Shown here: positions 1 to 9,419 of the stretch, piece by piece
Position numbering within the stretch: position 1 is the first letter of the stretch
How the letters are laid out: each line of letters opens with the position of its first letter
Virus record (IMG/VR): IMGVR_UViG_3300002052_000004
Location: 1 to 60,562 of that record
Direction: 5' to 3' (one strand)
Origin: a virus
Lineage: Duplodnaviria > Caudoviricetes
DNA: 60,562 nucleotides
Notes under the pieces: model-generated
What the model saw: only the letters and a program-made list of their open reading frames with translations
What the model was told of the DNA's origin: nothing
Databases searched by the model: none
Translations under genes and position numbers: made by a program

Positions 1-94
1 GCGGCTAAACTGGAGAGGAGTGTCGGAGCTGTTCCAGCGGAAGTTGCATCACAATTAGCTTTCTGGAAAACACAGAGAGATATTCATATGGGGT
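1..94. repeat. Terminal direct repeat, copy 1 (circular overlap)
   Basis: Bases 1-94 are identical to 60469-60562. Confidence 0.97.
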
Positions 95-195
95 ATATAA
101 AGAGAGATACTCCGACGATACAGCCAATGGCTGACCAACCTGAAACACTCGCGGAGCAATATGTAAGCGGAGACCTGGAAGGAGATTATTACTGA
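1..195 (+). CDS. 3' part of a putative head-tail adaptor spanning the circular junction (starts at 60277)
   Basis: The frame from ATG 60277 continues across the overlap (AAKLERSVGAVPAEVASQLAFWKTQRDIHMGYIKR...GDYY*). Its stop TGA 193-195 overlaps the next ATG. Total length 128 aa. Confidence 0.75.
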   Translation, partial: AAKLERSVGAVPAEVASQLAFWKTQRDIHMGYIKRDTPTIQPMADQPETLAEQYVSGDLEGDYY

Positions 196-635
196 TGCCA
201 GCTGTTCCTAGGATTAGAATCAATGTGAGAGATGTCGTACATTATGTTGGTGTAGTCGAGCGCTACTGGGAGGGTCAGGAAATGGAGATAATGAATCACT
301 TGAAAGACGAGGGACTGATAATATTGCGAGAGGAAGTCCCAAAAAGGTCAGGTAAGCTCGCGGCATCATGCTGGTCAGAGATTTCAGGAAAGACTGTACA
401 CATCGGAACGGGTGAACCGTACGCTGATATAATTGACGGTTATGGACGGTCGCCACCTTCGGAGGGTAGATACGTACCAGCTCTAGGGAAAAGGTTGGTT
501 AAGGTGTCGAAAACTAACCCTCGTATAGGGATACATCCAGGAAGTAAGAAGACACCTTTCTCTGAGAGGACCAGTGAGAGAGTTTTCATGATTGCCGAAG
601 AGAGAATGGAAAACGCACTGAGGAATATGCCATGA
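195..635 (+). CDS. Putative neck/head-closure protein (HK97 gp10-like)
   Basis: P-x-R-S-G-x-L-x-x-S and PYA...G motifs; position between adaptor and tail terminator. Confidence 0.65.
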   Translation: MPAVPRIRINVRDVVHYVGVVERYWEGQEMEIMNHLKDEGLIILREEVPKRSGKLAASCWSEISGKTVHIGTGEPYADIIDGYGRSPPSEGRYVPALGKRLVKVSKTNPRIGIHPGSKKTPFSERTSERVFMIAEERMENALRNMP

Positions 636-1048
636 GTGCACCTGAAGACTGGTGGGAGAGTGTATACGACCAGATTATTACACAGCTCATAGCGATGACT
701 GAGCTTGACAGCGAGTCAGTATTCTACGGAGAACGATTCACACCGGAGAAAACTCCAAGTGTATTCGTCGTGCCGACTGAAATTATCGGAGGGCCAGGAA
801 CTGTGCAGAAGGAAGATTATGATGCGAAATTCGATGTGGTTATCTTCGTGAACGACCCAAACACAAAGGATGGTATCATTGAGTCGCTTAAACTCGGAGT
901 GAAGATAAAGAATATGTTCATCGCGGATAGGACTCTAAACGGACTGTTAGAGAATTTGGACGCAACTGTACACAGACATTGGAGGGGAGTTGAAGGTTAC
1001 GAGGACCATTGGGTCCACGTAATACTGTCCTGCAGAAGCTGTATGTAG
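632..1048 (+). CDS. Putative tail terminator/completion protein
   Basis: 138 aa; synteny upstream of the tail tube; ADRTLNG motif. Confidence 0.55.
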   Translation: MSAPEDWWESVYDQIITQLIAMTELDSESVFYGERFTPEKTPSVFVVPTEIIGGPGTVQKEDYDAKFDVVIFVNDPNTKDGIIESLKLGVKIKNMFIADRTLNGLLENLDATVHRHWRGVEGYEDHWVHVILSCRSCM

Positions 1049-1066
1049 GAGGAATGCAAAACGAAA

Positions 1067-1252
1067 GTGAAATATATCGGTGCGTTTTCCCGTGGCCGCG
1101 ACCCCAGGATAGGCATAGTCGAGCACGGGAAAGTGTACGAAGTCAGTGAAGAGGTAGGGAAAGTTCTACTCTCTACCGGCCAGTATAAAGAAGTACGTGA
1201 AAAGATAGTAGAACCGAAAATAAAAACAAAGGAGGAAAAACCGATTGGCTAA
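1067..1252 (+). CDS. Small hypothetical virion-module protein
   Basis: ORF with upstream GGAGG; overlaps the tail tube start. Confidence 0.55.
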   Translation: MKYIGAFSRGRDPRIGIVEHGKVYEVSEEVGKVLLSTGQYKEVREKIVEPKIKTKEEKPIG

Positions 1253-2219
1253 ATGGTTAGGCATCGGCGAAGAGTCTGCATACATGACGAAAGGTACTGC
1301 AACTGTCTGGCTAGACTTCATTTCGGAGAGCGTCAGAGCAAGCAGAGAATTCATTGAGATACAGACGGTAAACGAACGGACACCGAGGTTTAGCATACCT
1401 GGACCGTTCAAAAGTGCTGGCGATATAGAGTGTCTAAGTAACACTGATGACCTTGGTTCGCTATTGGAGATGCTACTAGGTCCACCGGATACAGAAGGAA
1501 CTGCTCAGGGTACCACGGGTTATAAACACACGTGGAATACGATACCAAATGCTACATTGAAGTCGTATACCATGGAGATACAGAAAGAGATAACGACCTA
1601 TGAGAAGCTTCTATACGGAGCTGCGATAAAGTCATTGACTATCGATTGCCCCATTGCTGATAAAGTCGGTGTAACGGCATCGATATTAGCTGGTAAAGAT
1701 AAACTAGAAACCGCACAATCCCCAGGGACTGCAACTACACTTAAGCCACTAGTATACCATCAGAACGATGTGAGTCTCTTTGGTTCAGCTGCACCATGGG
1801 TTGAATCGATTAGCGTCACCATGGAGAATGGCTTCGACGAGGATGCATTCGTGCAAGGGGATTTGTTCCTACCGGAGCTGATACTCGGCCACTTCAAGGT
1901 AACTGGTACACTTGACCTAAGAGCTAAAGATTGGGATGCATATCAAAGATTCCTTGGAAGCGCATCTGCTGTGGAGCCATCTGCCGTAGTTGAAGAGTTT
2001 GAGATTCAGCTACAGATAGTTGGTGAAGAAGTCGACACAACGCCATACTATGCAACATTGGATATGAGAATGCCTAAGTGTCATTTCACAGAATTGGAGA
2101 TTCCAACAGAGCAGAGGAACAGACAGGTATACACTTTGCCGTTTGAGGCCTTATACGACGACAGTGAATCAACCGTACTGGATATAGAGCTGACGAATAA
2201 ACGGGCAACTACGATGTAG
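1245..2219 (+). CDS. Major tail tube protein
   Basis: 324 aa, beta-rich; N-terminal LGIGEESAY, YKHTW and SYTMEIQK motifs typical of tail tube proteins; upstream of chaperone and tape measure genes. Confidence 0.75.
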   Translation: MAKWLGIGEESAYMTKGTATVWLDFISESVRASREFIEIQTVNERTPRFSIPGPFKSAGDIECLSNTDDLGSLLEMLLGPPDTEGTAQGTTGYKHTWNTIPNATLKSYTMEIQKEITTYEKLLYGAAIKSLTIDCPIADKVGVTASILAGKDKLETAQSPGTATTLKPLVYHQNDVSLFGSAAPWVESISVTMENGFDEDAFVQGDLFLPELILGHFKVTGTLDLRAKDWDAYQRFLGSASAVEPSAVVEEFEIQLQIVGEEVDTTPYYATLDMRMPKCHFTELEIPTEQRNRQVYTLPFEALYDDSESTVLDIELTNKRATTM

Positions 2220-2675
2220 TTGTGCTTGCAATATAAAGGAGGTGATATATTGTCAGCAAAAGACTACAGGGCAAAGCGTCAATTGACTTTCAAAGTTCCG
2301 AGTGGTTTGGATTGGACGATACGAAAGATACCATTCCGAATCATGTGGAAGATGCTAGAGATACTGGGAATAGAAGTACCTGAAGGAATGACAGAAGAAG
2401 ACGCACGGGAGTATGTGAAAAAGGAACTGAAGGGTAAGAAAATTACACCGAAAGTTGTTGAAATCGTTAACTTAGTCGTTCCAGCGATATCATTGAAACC
2501 AAAAGTCGTAATAGGTGTGGCAACAGACGATGACGAACTTGGCATCGATGATATAGACATGGAAGACCTTATGGCGGTCTTTGGTAAAGGCATGGAGATT
2601 TCAGGTGCCACTGAGGATGCTGTAAAGGAACGTGAGTCCTTTCAGCCGGAGTCCCCTAGGAAAATTGGCGGGTAA
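2220..2675 (+). CDS. Tail assembly chaperone (G-like); true start probably TTG ~2250
   Basis: Position between tail tube and tape measure; RBS GGAGGTGA just before 2250. Confidence 0.65.
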   Translation: MCLQYKGGDILSAKDYRAKRQLTFKVPSGLDWTIRKIPFRIMWKMLEILGIEVPEGMTEEDAREYVKKELKGKKITPKVVEIVNLVVPAISLKPKVVIGVATDDDELGIDDIDMEDLMAVFGKGMEISGATEDAVKERESFQPESPRKIGG

Positions 2676-2871
2676 AGTTGCACAAGCGGTAAATAAAAGA
2701 CCTACTGATATGTTACCAGAAGACATAACAGGTACATCGGAATATGAGAAACTAATGCTTGATGCACGTATATTGCAAGAAGTGAGTGAAACGCCCCCTG
2801 ACTTTGGGCAGATGTCGACTCTCGATAAGATAAAGTGGAAGAGAAGAAATTGGCCTAAAAAGTATAGGTGA
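2632..2871 (+). CDS. Tail assembly chaperone frameshift extension (T-like)
   Basis: Overlapping ORF in the +1 frame with no RBS of its own; TCC-TTT-C at 2637-2643. Confidence 0.55.
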   Translation: MSPFSRSPLGKLAGKVAQAVNKRPTDMLPEDITGTSEYEKLMLDARILQEVSETPPDFGQMSTLDKIKWKRRNWPKKYR

Positions 2872-2875
2872 GAGT

Positions 2876-5077
2876 ATGTCAGTATCTGAGAAACGTATTA
2901 AGCTAGCTATCGCATGGATAGAGGAGCATCCAGAGACTCTTACGAGTGTTAAGGGAAAGATAGAGGAACTGGTTGTAGCCACTGACAAAGCGAAAGCTAT
3001 GATTCAGAAATACGTCCCCGAAGGAGCAAAACAGCAGAAGATACTAGCTGCTATAGACCAAGCAGCGATGAAACAAGGGGACAACATACTACGAAACGTA
3101 CTCGCCTATAAGTTGCTTACAAACGCACAGGAAGCTATGCGCCAAGCCTCAGAAAAGAACGCAAAGATGCTGGGAGAATGGGGGAGTAAGTTAGGACTTG
3201 CTGGGAGAAGAATAGGTTACTTCGGGAGAATGATGTTCTATAGCATTCGGAATATAATGCGACTTGGTACACAGTTCCTTCGAATGTTCATGGGATTGTT
3301 CAAGACAGCTGGAGATTTCGGTGCGGCGTTAGAGCAAGTGTCATTTGCAATGGCTCTTCTTGAAAGTCAAGGACTTGTAGCAGATGAAGCAATGACACTA
3401 TTCGGTGAAACTCAGGATATATTGATGGAAAAAGGACCGCAGATATGGGCGTTGTTTGAGGGATTTAAGGCTCTTTTCACATCACTCGCCGTCGTCATAG
3501 TGTCGGAACTTTTGCCTGAATTAACGGAACTTCTGAATACGTTAGCAGCACTTCTTAACAGAGAGGATGTAAGGCAATTAATACATGATATCATGGTAAC
3601 TGTGCTTGACCTAGCAGATGCATTTATAGAGGCAATACCTTCAATGTTACCGGTGATAAAAGGAATGCTTGACTTGGCTGTGGCAGCTAAGCCACTAATC
3701 GTTGCATTGTTGCCACTACTGCCTGTAATACTCGCTCTTTCGTTGGGTCTTTGGGCATTGGGTCCGATAATACAAGTGATTGGATTTATCATGCAAGTGG
3801 CAGGTTTCCTCACAGGTGGACTTGGAATAGCAATGACCACTTTATTACCAATAGTAGTAGCTCTTGCAGGTGCAGTCGCAGTCGGTGTAGGAGTCTTCTT
3901 ACTACTCAAAGATACACTTGGGACGACTAATGCTGCAATAGTTGCTATCGGAGCTGCAGTAGCCGCATTCATAACAATATTCTTCGGAGTGAAGGCACTG
4001 TTATTAAGTGTCGGAGCCGCTGGAGCAGCTGCTGCACCAGGAATTGTGGCCGCCGGAACAGCATTGGGTGCTGCAGGAGTTGCAGCAGCTCCAGCGATAC
4101 CGATTATACTTGCAATCGGAGCTGCTATAGCACTAGCTGGTGCAGGATTCCTTATGGCAGGAGCTGGGGTAATGCTTGCGGTTGACGCGGTGATTAGGTT
4201 GTTGGAAGCATTGCCTCAGCTTGTACCTATGGTACCTTACTTGTTTGCAATAGCTGCTGGATTGATGGCAATAGCTGTTGCAGGGATAGTATTGCTTCCC
4301 GCAGCACTTGGATTAGGAGCAGCTGCTGTTACACTTATGATATTCGCAGGTGCATTAGCAGTGGTTGCTGCACTTTCTGGGGCGATAGGAGTAGTAGCGA
4401 CCGGAATCTTACTCTTAGCTCAGAGCGTAGGCACACTCGTGAAGTCTATGGTAGGGATTATACCGCTAGTCGGACCGACACTTGCACTATCGACTGCGAT
4501 GTTTGCACTGGCAGCTGCCGGAGGAACTATGATGTTCGGAGCACTTGGAGTTACCGCAATGGCTGGTTCTCTCTTCGTACTTAGTGGAGGTATAGTTGCC
4601 CTAACCGGTGCAATCTGGGGATTGGTTGCAGCTGCGACAGCATTCGAAGCAGTTGGCGATACTGTAACAAGTATTGTCGGCGGAATTTCTGATGCAGTAG
4701 GTGGATTGGCTAATGCACTATTCGGACTCTGTTTCAGACATGCAACACCTATGGCAGAGAAGTTTGGGAAGAGTTTGGTAGCCGTACAGAGTGATATGAT
4801 AAATACAGAAAAAGGACTACGTGATATGAGAGACGAACTACTAGAACCATTCTCTTGGCAAGCGGTAGAAGTGGCAACTGGAGCGCCTGCGATAAGAGCG
4901 GCAGGTGAGAGAGTTGGAGAAGCTGAGCCGAAAGAGCAGCATATTACAATTGAGATGCCTGTCACTGTTGATTTGACTGGCGCTGTTATTTCGTCAGATA
5001 TGGATGTAGATGAAATAACAAATAAAGTAGGAGAGAAGTTAGGAGAAAAAGCAAGAGACTTGGTGACACTATTATGA
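2876..5077 (+). CDS. Tape measure protein
   Basis: 733 aa, Ala/Gly/Leu-rich helical protein with long hydrophobic stretches; follows the chaperones. Confidence 0.85.
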   Translation: MSVSEKRIKLAIAWIEEHPETLTSVKGKIEELVVATDKAKAMIQKYVPEGAKQQKILAAIDQAAMKQGDNILRNVLAYKLLTNAQEAMRQASEKNAKMLGEWGSKLGLAGRRIGYFGRMMFYSIRNIMRLGTQFLRMFMGLFKTAGDFGAALEQVSFAMALLESQGLVADEAMTLFGETQDILMEKGPQIWALFEGFKALFTSLAVVIVSELLPELTELLNTLAALLNREDVRQLIHDIMVTVLDLADAFIEAIPSMLPVIKGMLDLAVAAKPLIVALLPLLPVILALSLGLWALGPIIQVIGFIMQVAGFLTGGLGIAMTTLLPIVVALAGAVAVGVGVFLLLKDTLGTTNAAIVAIGAAVAAFITIFFGVKALLLSVGAAGAAAAPGIVAAGTALGAAGVAAAPAIPIILAIGAAIALAGAGFLMAGAGVMLAVDAVIRLLEALPQLVPMVPYLFAIAAGLMAIAVAGIVLLPAALGLGAAAVTLMIFAGALAVVAALSGAIGVVATGILLLAQSVGTLVKSMVGIIPLVGPTLALSTAMFALAAAGGTMMFGALGVTAMAGSLFVLSGGIVALTGAIWGLVAAATAFEAVGDTVTSIVGGISDAVGGLANALFGLCFRHATPMAEKFGKSLVAVQSDMINTEKGLRDMRDELLEPFSWQAVEVATGAPAIRAAGERVGEAEPKEQHITIEMPVTVDLTGAVISSDMDVDEITNKVGEKLGEKARDLVTLL

Positions 5078-5472
5078 CGTGGACAATTAAAAATATCGCA
5101 GAAACTGTGACGGTGGCGCTACCACAAGACCCCGAAGTGTATAAGGGGCAGTCTGCGAAGGTGTTGAAACAGCATCCAATGCAACAGCAGTATCCGTTTA
5201 TCTTTCCACATGGTGGAAAAGCTCGAATACTTAAATTGGAAGGTGCAGTACATGACAATACTAAGACTATTGCACAGATATATTCGGCATGGTTGAATCA
5301 GTTGGAGACATGGGCGGAGGATAAAGTGAGGATAAAGCTAACATGTGATAGCGGTAAAGGTCATACATCGGAAGAGATGTACTTGGCTAAATTTGACCAT
5401 GAGCCAAGGAAAGGATTCTTACATACTGTTTGGATAAAGATGGAACTTTGGAAGAAGGGGGCTGAGGATTGA
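5074..5472 (+). CDS. Putative distal tail protein
   Basis: 132 aa, immediately after the tape measure gene; ATGA overlap. Confidence 0.5.
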   Translation: MTWTIKNIAETVTVALPQDPEVYKGQSAKVLKQHPMQQQYPFIFPHGGKARILKLEGAVHDNTKTIAQIYSAWLNQLETWAEDKVRIKLTCDSGKGHTSEEMYLAKFDHEPRKGFLHTVWIKMELWKKGAED

Positions 5473-8400
5473 GCTACGAGTTACAATATGGTCCTTCATG
5501 GACTGCAGTTAAACCTGGCAGAGTTACGTATGGAGAGAGACAGAACAATCTACGTGCATGTGTTGCCACCGTGGCTAATACTTCTGCCAACAGGTCTGCT
5601 TTCACTCACAATACTGAGGTTAAAGTCTTTCTAAACGGTGACCAAATCTTATATGGACAAGTGAAGGCTCCGGTTGATGAGGGAGAGTTTCTTAAGGTAA
5701 AGATTGTTGATAGAGCAATTCAGCTTACAAGAGATGTATGGGAGAGGGACCAAGGACAGTCAGATAAGAAAGTAATTAAGTATACAACCTCTGCAGCAAG
5801 TACTATAGGTGGACATATACTATCAGGAACAGGATTCTCGCTTGGAGCTTGTCCAGGTACTACTGTGTCGATTAGATTTGAATATGTCACTAGGCTCCAA
5901 GCAATTGCTGCATTGGCAAAAGCACTTGGATTAGATTGGTGGGTCAATGACAATAAAATGGTATACATTGGAACTAACAATACAGCAAGAGGTACTATTG
6001 GAACATGTATGTGGGCAAAGAAGGAACCAGACGATGAGGCAAAGAGGGACCAGATATTTTTGAAGGGTGTAGATGACAATGGCACTGCCATTGAGGTGAC
6101 ATCTCCAGACCCGCCAACTGGTACTAATGCTGCTTACTTCACAGCTAGAAATCCTATGGATGCTACAACATTACAAATTGTAGCCGATGCTCTGTTAGCT
6201 GAGCTAAATCAGACTCAAAAGGTAGTAAAAGCGAATTATGCAGCTGCAGATGGTGTTGTTGGAACTAATGTTTTGCTGCGACCTGGTAACACCATGAATA
6301 TTAACTGGGGGACTGTTTCAGAGACTGCAATTGAAGTTATAGTAGTTGAGTTAAAGGATGAAAAGCTAACTGTTCATTGTGGAGTGTATAGGCCTGAAGT
6401 AGAAGAGTTGGAACGAGAACTTGGAGTTAAGATTGATATACAGGAAACAAGTTCTGTTGCTTGTTTTATGGATTGCCAGTTGCAGTGCCAGACATCTGAC
6501 CAAGTTTCTACACTAGCTGATGAGTTTGAAGGTACAGGAGTGTTATGGAACGAGATTAACGGTACCTGGGCTATAAGTGGTGGTTACTATAAACAAACGA
6601 ATACTGCATCTGCACACCATAAGAGTGTTTTGAAGTATTGTAAGTTTGCTGATGGTGAAGTGCAGGCAACATGTGTACCAAAGAATACATCAAAGGTATG
6701 TGGGGTGATAATGAGAAAGCAAGATGGTGCGGATACTTACTACTTTGCATGGCTAAACGTATCGACTGCTACAATAACACTATGGAAGATGATAGCTGGA
6801 ACACCTGCCATGATTACCAGTTATTCTGACGGGTCAATCTTATATGATACTGCTTATCGGGTAGCTATGCAGATACAAGGAGATGCTATTCGGGTATTTC
6901 TGAATGGGGAAAAGTTAATTGATACTACCGACGGTTCAATCACAGGAGCAGGGACTGCAGGATTAATCTCATATGCTGGGGAACACTGGTTTGAGAGATT
7001 CGCTTTCTATCCTGGTCAGTTTCCATCTGGTTGTACTGAGACTTGCCAAACGGAATGTCAATTGGGAGAACAGATATGTGCAAGTACTGGTAATTGCGAA
7101 TCTTCCTGTCAATCAACGCCATGTCAGTCACAAGATTGTGAAGCTGGTGGAATTTGTCAAAACGATTGTGAGGCCGGACATCGCTGCGAACTGACATGTG
7201 AATTTGCTTGCCAAGCAGGTTGTCAAATTTCAGAGGCATGTCAGTTAGCTTGTCAACCTGTGTGTCAGACAAGTTGCCAAGACTCTGGTACCTGCCAGGT
7301 GCAGTGTCAAGCAAGTGTACAGACTTGTGCACAGAGTGGACAATGTGAAAGTGCGTGTCAAGGTGCTTGTCAAGGTGTAGGTACATGTGAAGATGTATGT
7401 CAGACGGACAATCAAATGCATAGGATACTGACAGATTACAAAGCTGTATGGCATTGCAACGAAGAATCTGGTACTGATTTGTATGACTCTAGCAAGTATG
7501 GTAATCATGGCTCCGAGAATGGACCCACTACCATATATTCCGCTGGTAAGTTTGGTTACGGAAAGAAATACAATGGTTCGAGTAATTGGCACTCAATACC
7601 TCATTCTGCCAGCTTAAACATTACAGGCACAAAAATAACTATTATGGCATGGATAAAGACTGACGGTGGTGCTGGTAGCGGATACATAGTCTGCAAAAAC
7701 CTTGATGCTATCGGTAACATTCAGTATGCGTTGCTTTGGTACGCTACTGGTCCTGTGTTGAGGTTTTATGCCGATGGTGCACAACGCGGTAATGACTCTG
7801 GTACACTCTCAACAGGTATACTGTATCATGTTGCAGTAGTGTATAACGGTACTGATGTACGCTTTTATGTTAACGGTGAACTATCTGGTACACCTGGAGC
7901 GTGGACTTCTCCAATTACTAGTACAACTCATCCGTTGTGTATAGGTAGACGAAATGCAGGAACTTACTATGACGGAATGGTTGACGAAGTATGTATCCTA
8001 AAGGCAGCTTTGTCAGCAGCTGAGATAAAGGCTATATATAATGCTTCAGAACTACCTATCTTTGTTTGTGAGCAAGCTTGTGAAAGTACATGCCAAGGAA
8101 CAGAAGCCTGCGAAACAGGAGGCATTTGCCAAGATGCTTGTCAGCTTGGACACCGCTGTGAGTTGACTTGTGAAACAAATTGTCAAGTTGCGTGTCAAAT
8201 AGATTGTGAGACTACTTCTGCTTGTGAGACTAGTGGAGTTTGCCAAGGTATATGCGAGACTGGTCATCAGTGTGAGTTGACTTGTGAAACAGACTGTCAG
8301 GCAGGAACCCAAATTTGTGCAAGTTCAGGAGCTTGTGAAAGTTCATGCCAGAGTACACCTTGTCAAAGTCAAGATTGCGAAGCAGCTGGAGTATGCCAAG

Positions 8401-9098
8401 CAATATGTGAAGCAGGACATACCTGTGAAACAACTTGTCAAGATGAGTGTCAGGCATCATGTCAAAGTGCTTGTCAGGTATCGTGTCAAATTGCGTGCCA
8501 AGTATCGAACCAAATTTGTGCAAGTACTGGAAATTGTGAAAATGCGTGTCAGCAAACGTGCCAGCAAGCAAAGGCATGCGAGTCTGGTGGGGTATGCCAA
8601 GGCATCTGTGAAACTGGACATCTTTGTCAAGTTACTGCTCAGATATGTGATGGAACCCATTCCTGTCAAACCTCTGGACAAGTTGGTCACGAAGGTTACA
8701 CTGCAAAAAAGATTTCATGGACTAAAATACATGATACTGGAATGGGTTCAGAGCAGAAGGTTGAGGTTGGCTCATCATGGGACGTAATTCAGACTGCACT
8801 ATTTACTCCGGGTTCTGATGCACAAGCTTTAACTGGTGTTTTGGTAAGATGGGAAAGAGGTACAGTTGGTGGTGGATATGCAGAGGTTCAGTTTGCGTTA
8901 GTTGAAGGGGTGAATACTCGACATACTTGGTATGCGTATGTGAGTGGAGAACATCCAGATGGGCAGGTTTACATAATGTTACCCCTGCTATTCCCTGGTG
9001 GCACGTACCTTTATGTGAAAGGTCGAACAGCTTCAGGGTACGTGTATGTTAAGGCTGAAATAGAAGTATATCAGAGTCCTGAACATAAACATATTTAG
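5469..9098 (+). CDS. Tail hub/tip protein with LamG/ConA-like domains and Cys-rich CXXX (SCIFF-like) repeat tracts
   Basis: N-terminal ~330 aa resembles a hub/Tal domain. A LamG-like domain (WHCNE...DSSKYGNHG...ITIMAWIK...HVAVVYNG...YVNG...GMVDEV...ALSAAEIKAIYN) is present. Cys tracts at aa 522-644 (26 Cys) and aa 867-1066 (41 Cys). Confidence 0.8.
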   Translation: MSYELQYGPSWTAVKPGRVTYGERQNNLRACVATVANTSANRSAFTHNTEVKVFLNGDQILYGQVKAPVDEGEFLKVKIVDRAIQLTRDVWERDQGQSDKKVIKYTTSAASTIGGHILSGTGFSLGACPGTTVSIRFEYVTRLQAIAALAKALGLDWWVNDNKMVYIGTNNTARGTIGTCMWAKKEPDDEAKRDQIFLKGVDDNGTAIEVTSPDPPTGTNAAYFTARNPMDATTLQIVADALLAELNQTQKVVKANYAAADGVVGTNVLLRPGNTMNINWGTVSETAIEVIVVELKDEKLTVHCGVYRPEVEELERELGVKIDIQETSSVACFMDCQLQCQTSDQVSTLADEFEGTGVLWNEINGTWAISGGYYKQTNTASAHHKSVLKYCKFADGEVQATCVPKNTSKVCGVIMRKQDGADTYYFAWLNVSTATITLWKMIAGTPAMITSYSDGSILYDTAYRVAMQIQGDAIRVFLNGEKLIDTTDGSITGAGTAGLISYAGEHWFERFAFYPGQFPSGCTETCQTECQLGEQICASTGNCESSCQSTPCQSQDCEAGGICQNDCEAGHRCELTCEFACQAGCQISEACQLACQPVCQTSCQDSGTCQVQCQASVQTCAQSGQCESACQGACQGVGTCEDVCQTDNQMHRILTDYKAVWHCNEESGTDLYDSSKYGNHGSENGPTTIYSAGKFGYGKKYNGSSNWHSIPHSASLNITGTKITIMAWIKTDGGAGSGYIVCKNLDAIGNIQYALLWYATGPVLRFYADGAQRGNDSGTLSTGILYHVAVVYNGTDVRFYVNGELSGTPGAWTSPITSTTHPLCIGRRNAGTYYDGMVDEVCILKAALSAAEIKAIYNASELPIFVCEQACESTCQGTEACETGGICQDACQLGHRCELTCETNCQVACQIDCETTSACETSGVCQGICETGHQCELTCETDCQAGTQICASSGACESSCQSTPCQSQDCEAAGVCQAICEAGHTCETTCQDECQASCQSACQVSCQIACQVSNQICASTGNCENACQQTCQQAKACESGGVCQGICETGHLCQVTAQICDGTHSCQTSGQVGHEGYTAKKISWTKIHDTGMGSEQKVEVGSSWDVIQTALFTPGSDAQALTGVLVRWERGTVGGGYAEVQFALVEGVNTRHTWYAYVSGEHPDGQVYIMLPLLFPGGTYLYVKGRTASGYVYVKAEIEVYQSPEHKHI

Positions 9099-9122
9099 GA
9101 TGAACAATAAGGAGGTAGAAAA

Positions 9123-9419
9123 ATGGAATTGTTGAACGAAACATTTGAAGTAGAGACAAAGAAAAGCAAAGAATACACATTTGTTGCACAGAAAGGTCTT
9201 TCGGGAATGGATGTGTACGCCAAAGTTAACCCAACAGAGACCCAACTTTCACCAAGTGGAGTATCCATTGAAGTGACAAAGAAAGGAAAGATAGTTCGCG
9301 AGATACAACTGAAAAATGTAGCATTTGCCATTGGCAATGCTGAAGGTACCTACAAAGTAATAATTAAGAACAAGAATCCACTGACGGTGACAGGAACTGT
9401 AAGAGTAGTGACTGTATAA
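9123..9419 (+). CDS. Hypothetical beta-rich protein between the Cys-rich tail protein and the radical SAM gene
   Basis: RBS GGAGGT; stop overlaps the radical SAM start (TAATG). Confidence 0.7.
   Translation: MELLNETFEVETKKSKEYTFVAQKGLSGMDVYAKVNPTETQLSPSGVSIEVTKKGKIVREIQLKNVAFAIGNAEGTYKVIIKNKNPLTVTGTVRVVTV

Noticed and set aside
5469-9098. Diversity-generating retroelement target in the tail protein
   Set aside because: No reverse transcriptase and no adenine-specific TR/VR pair seen
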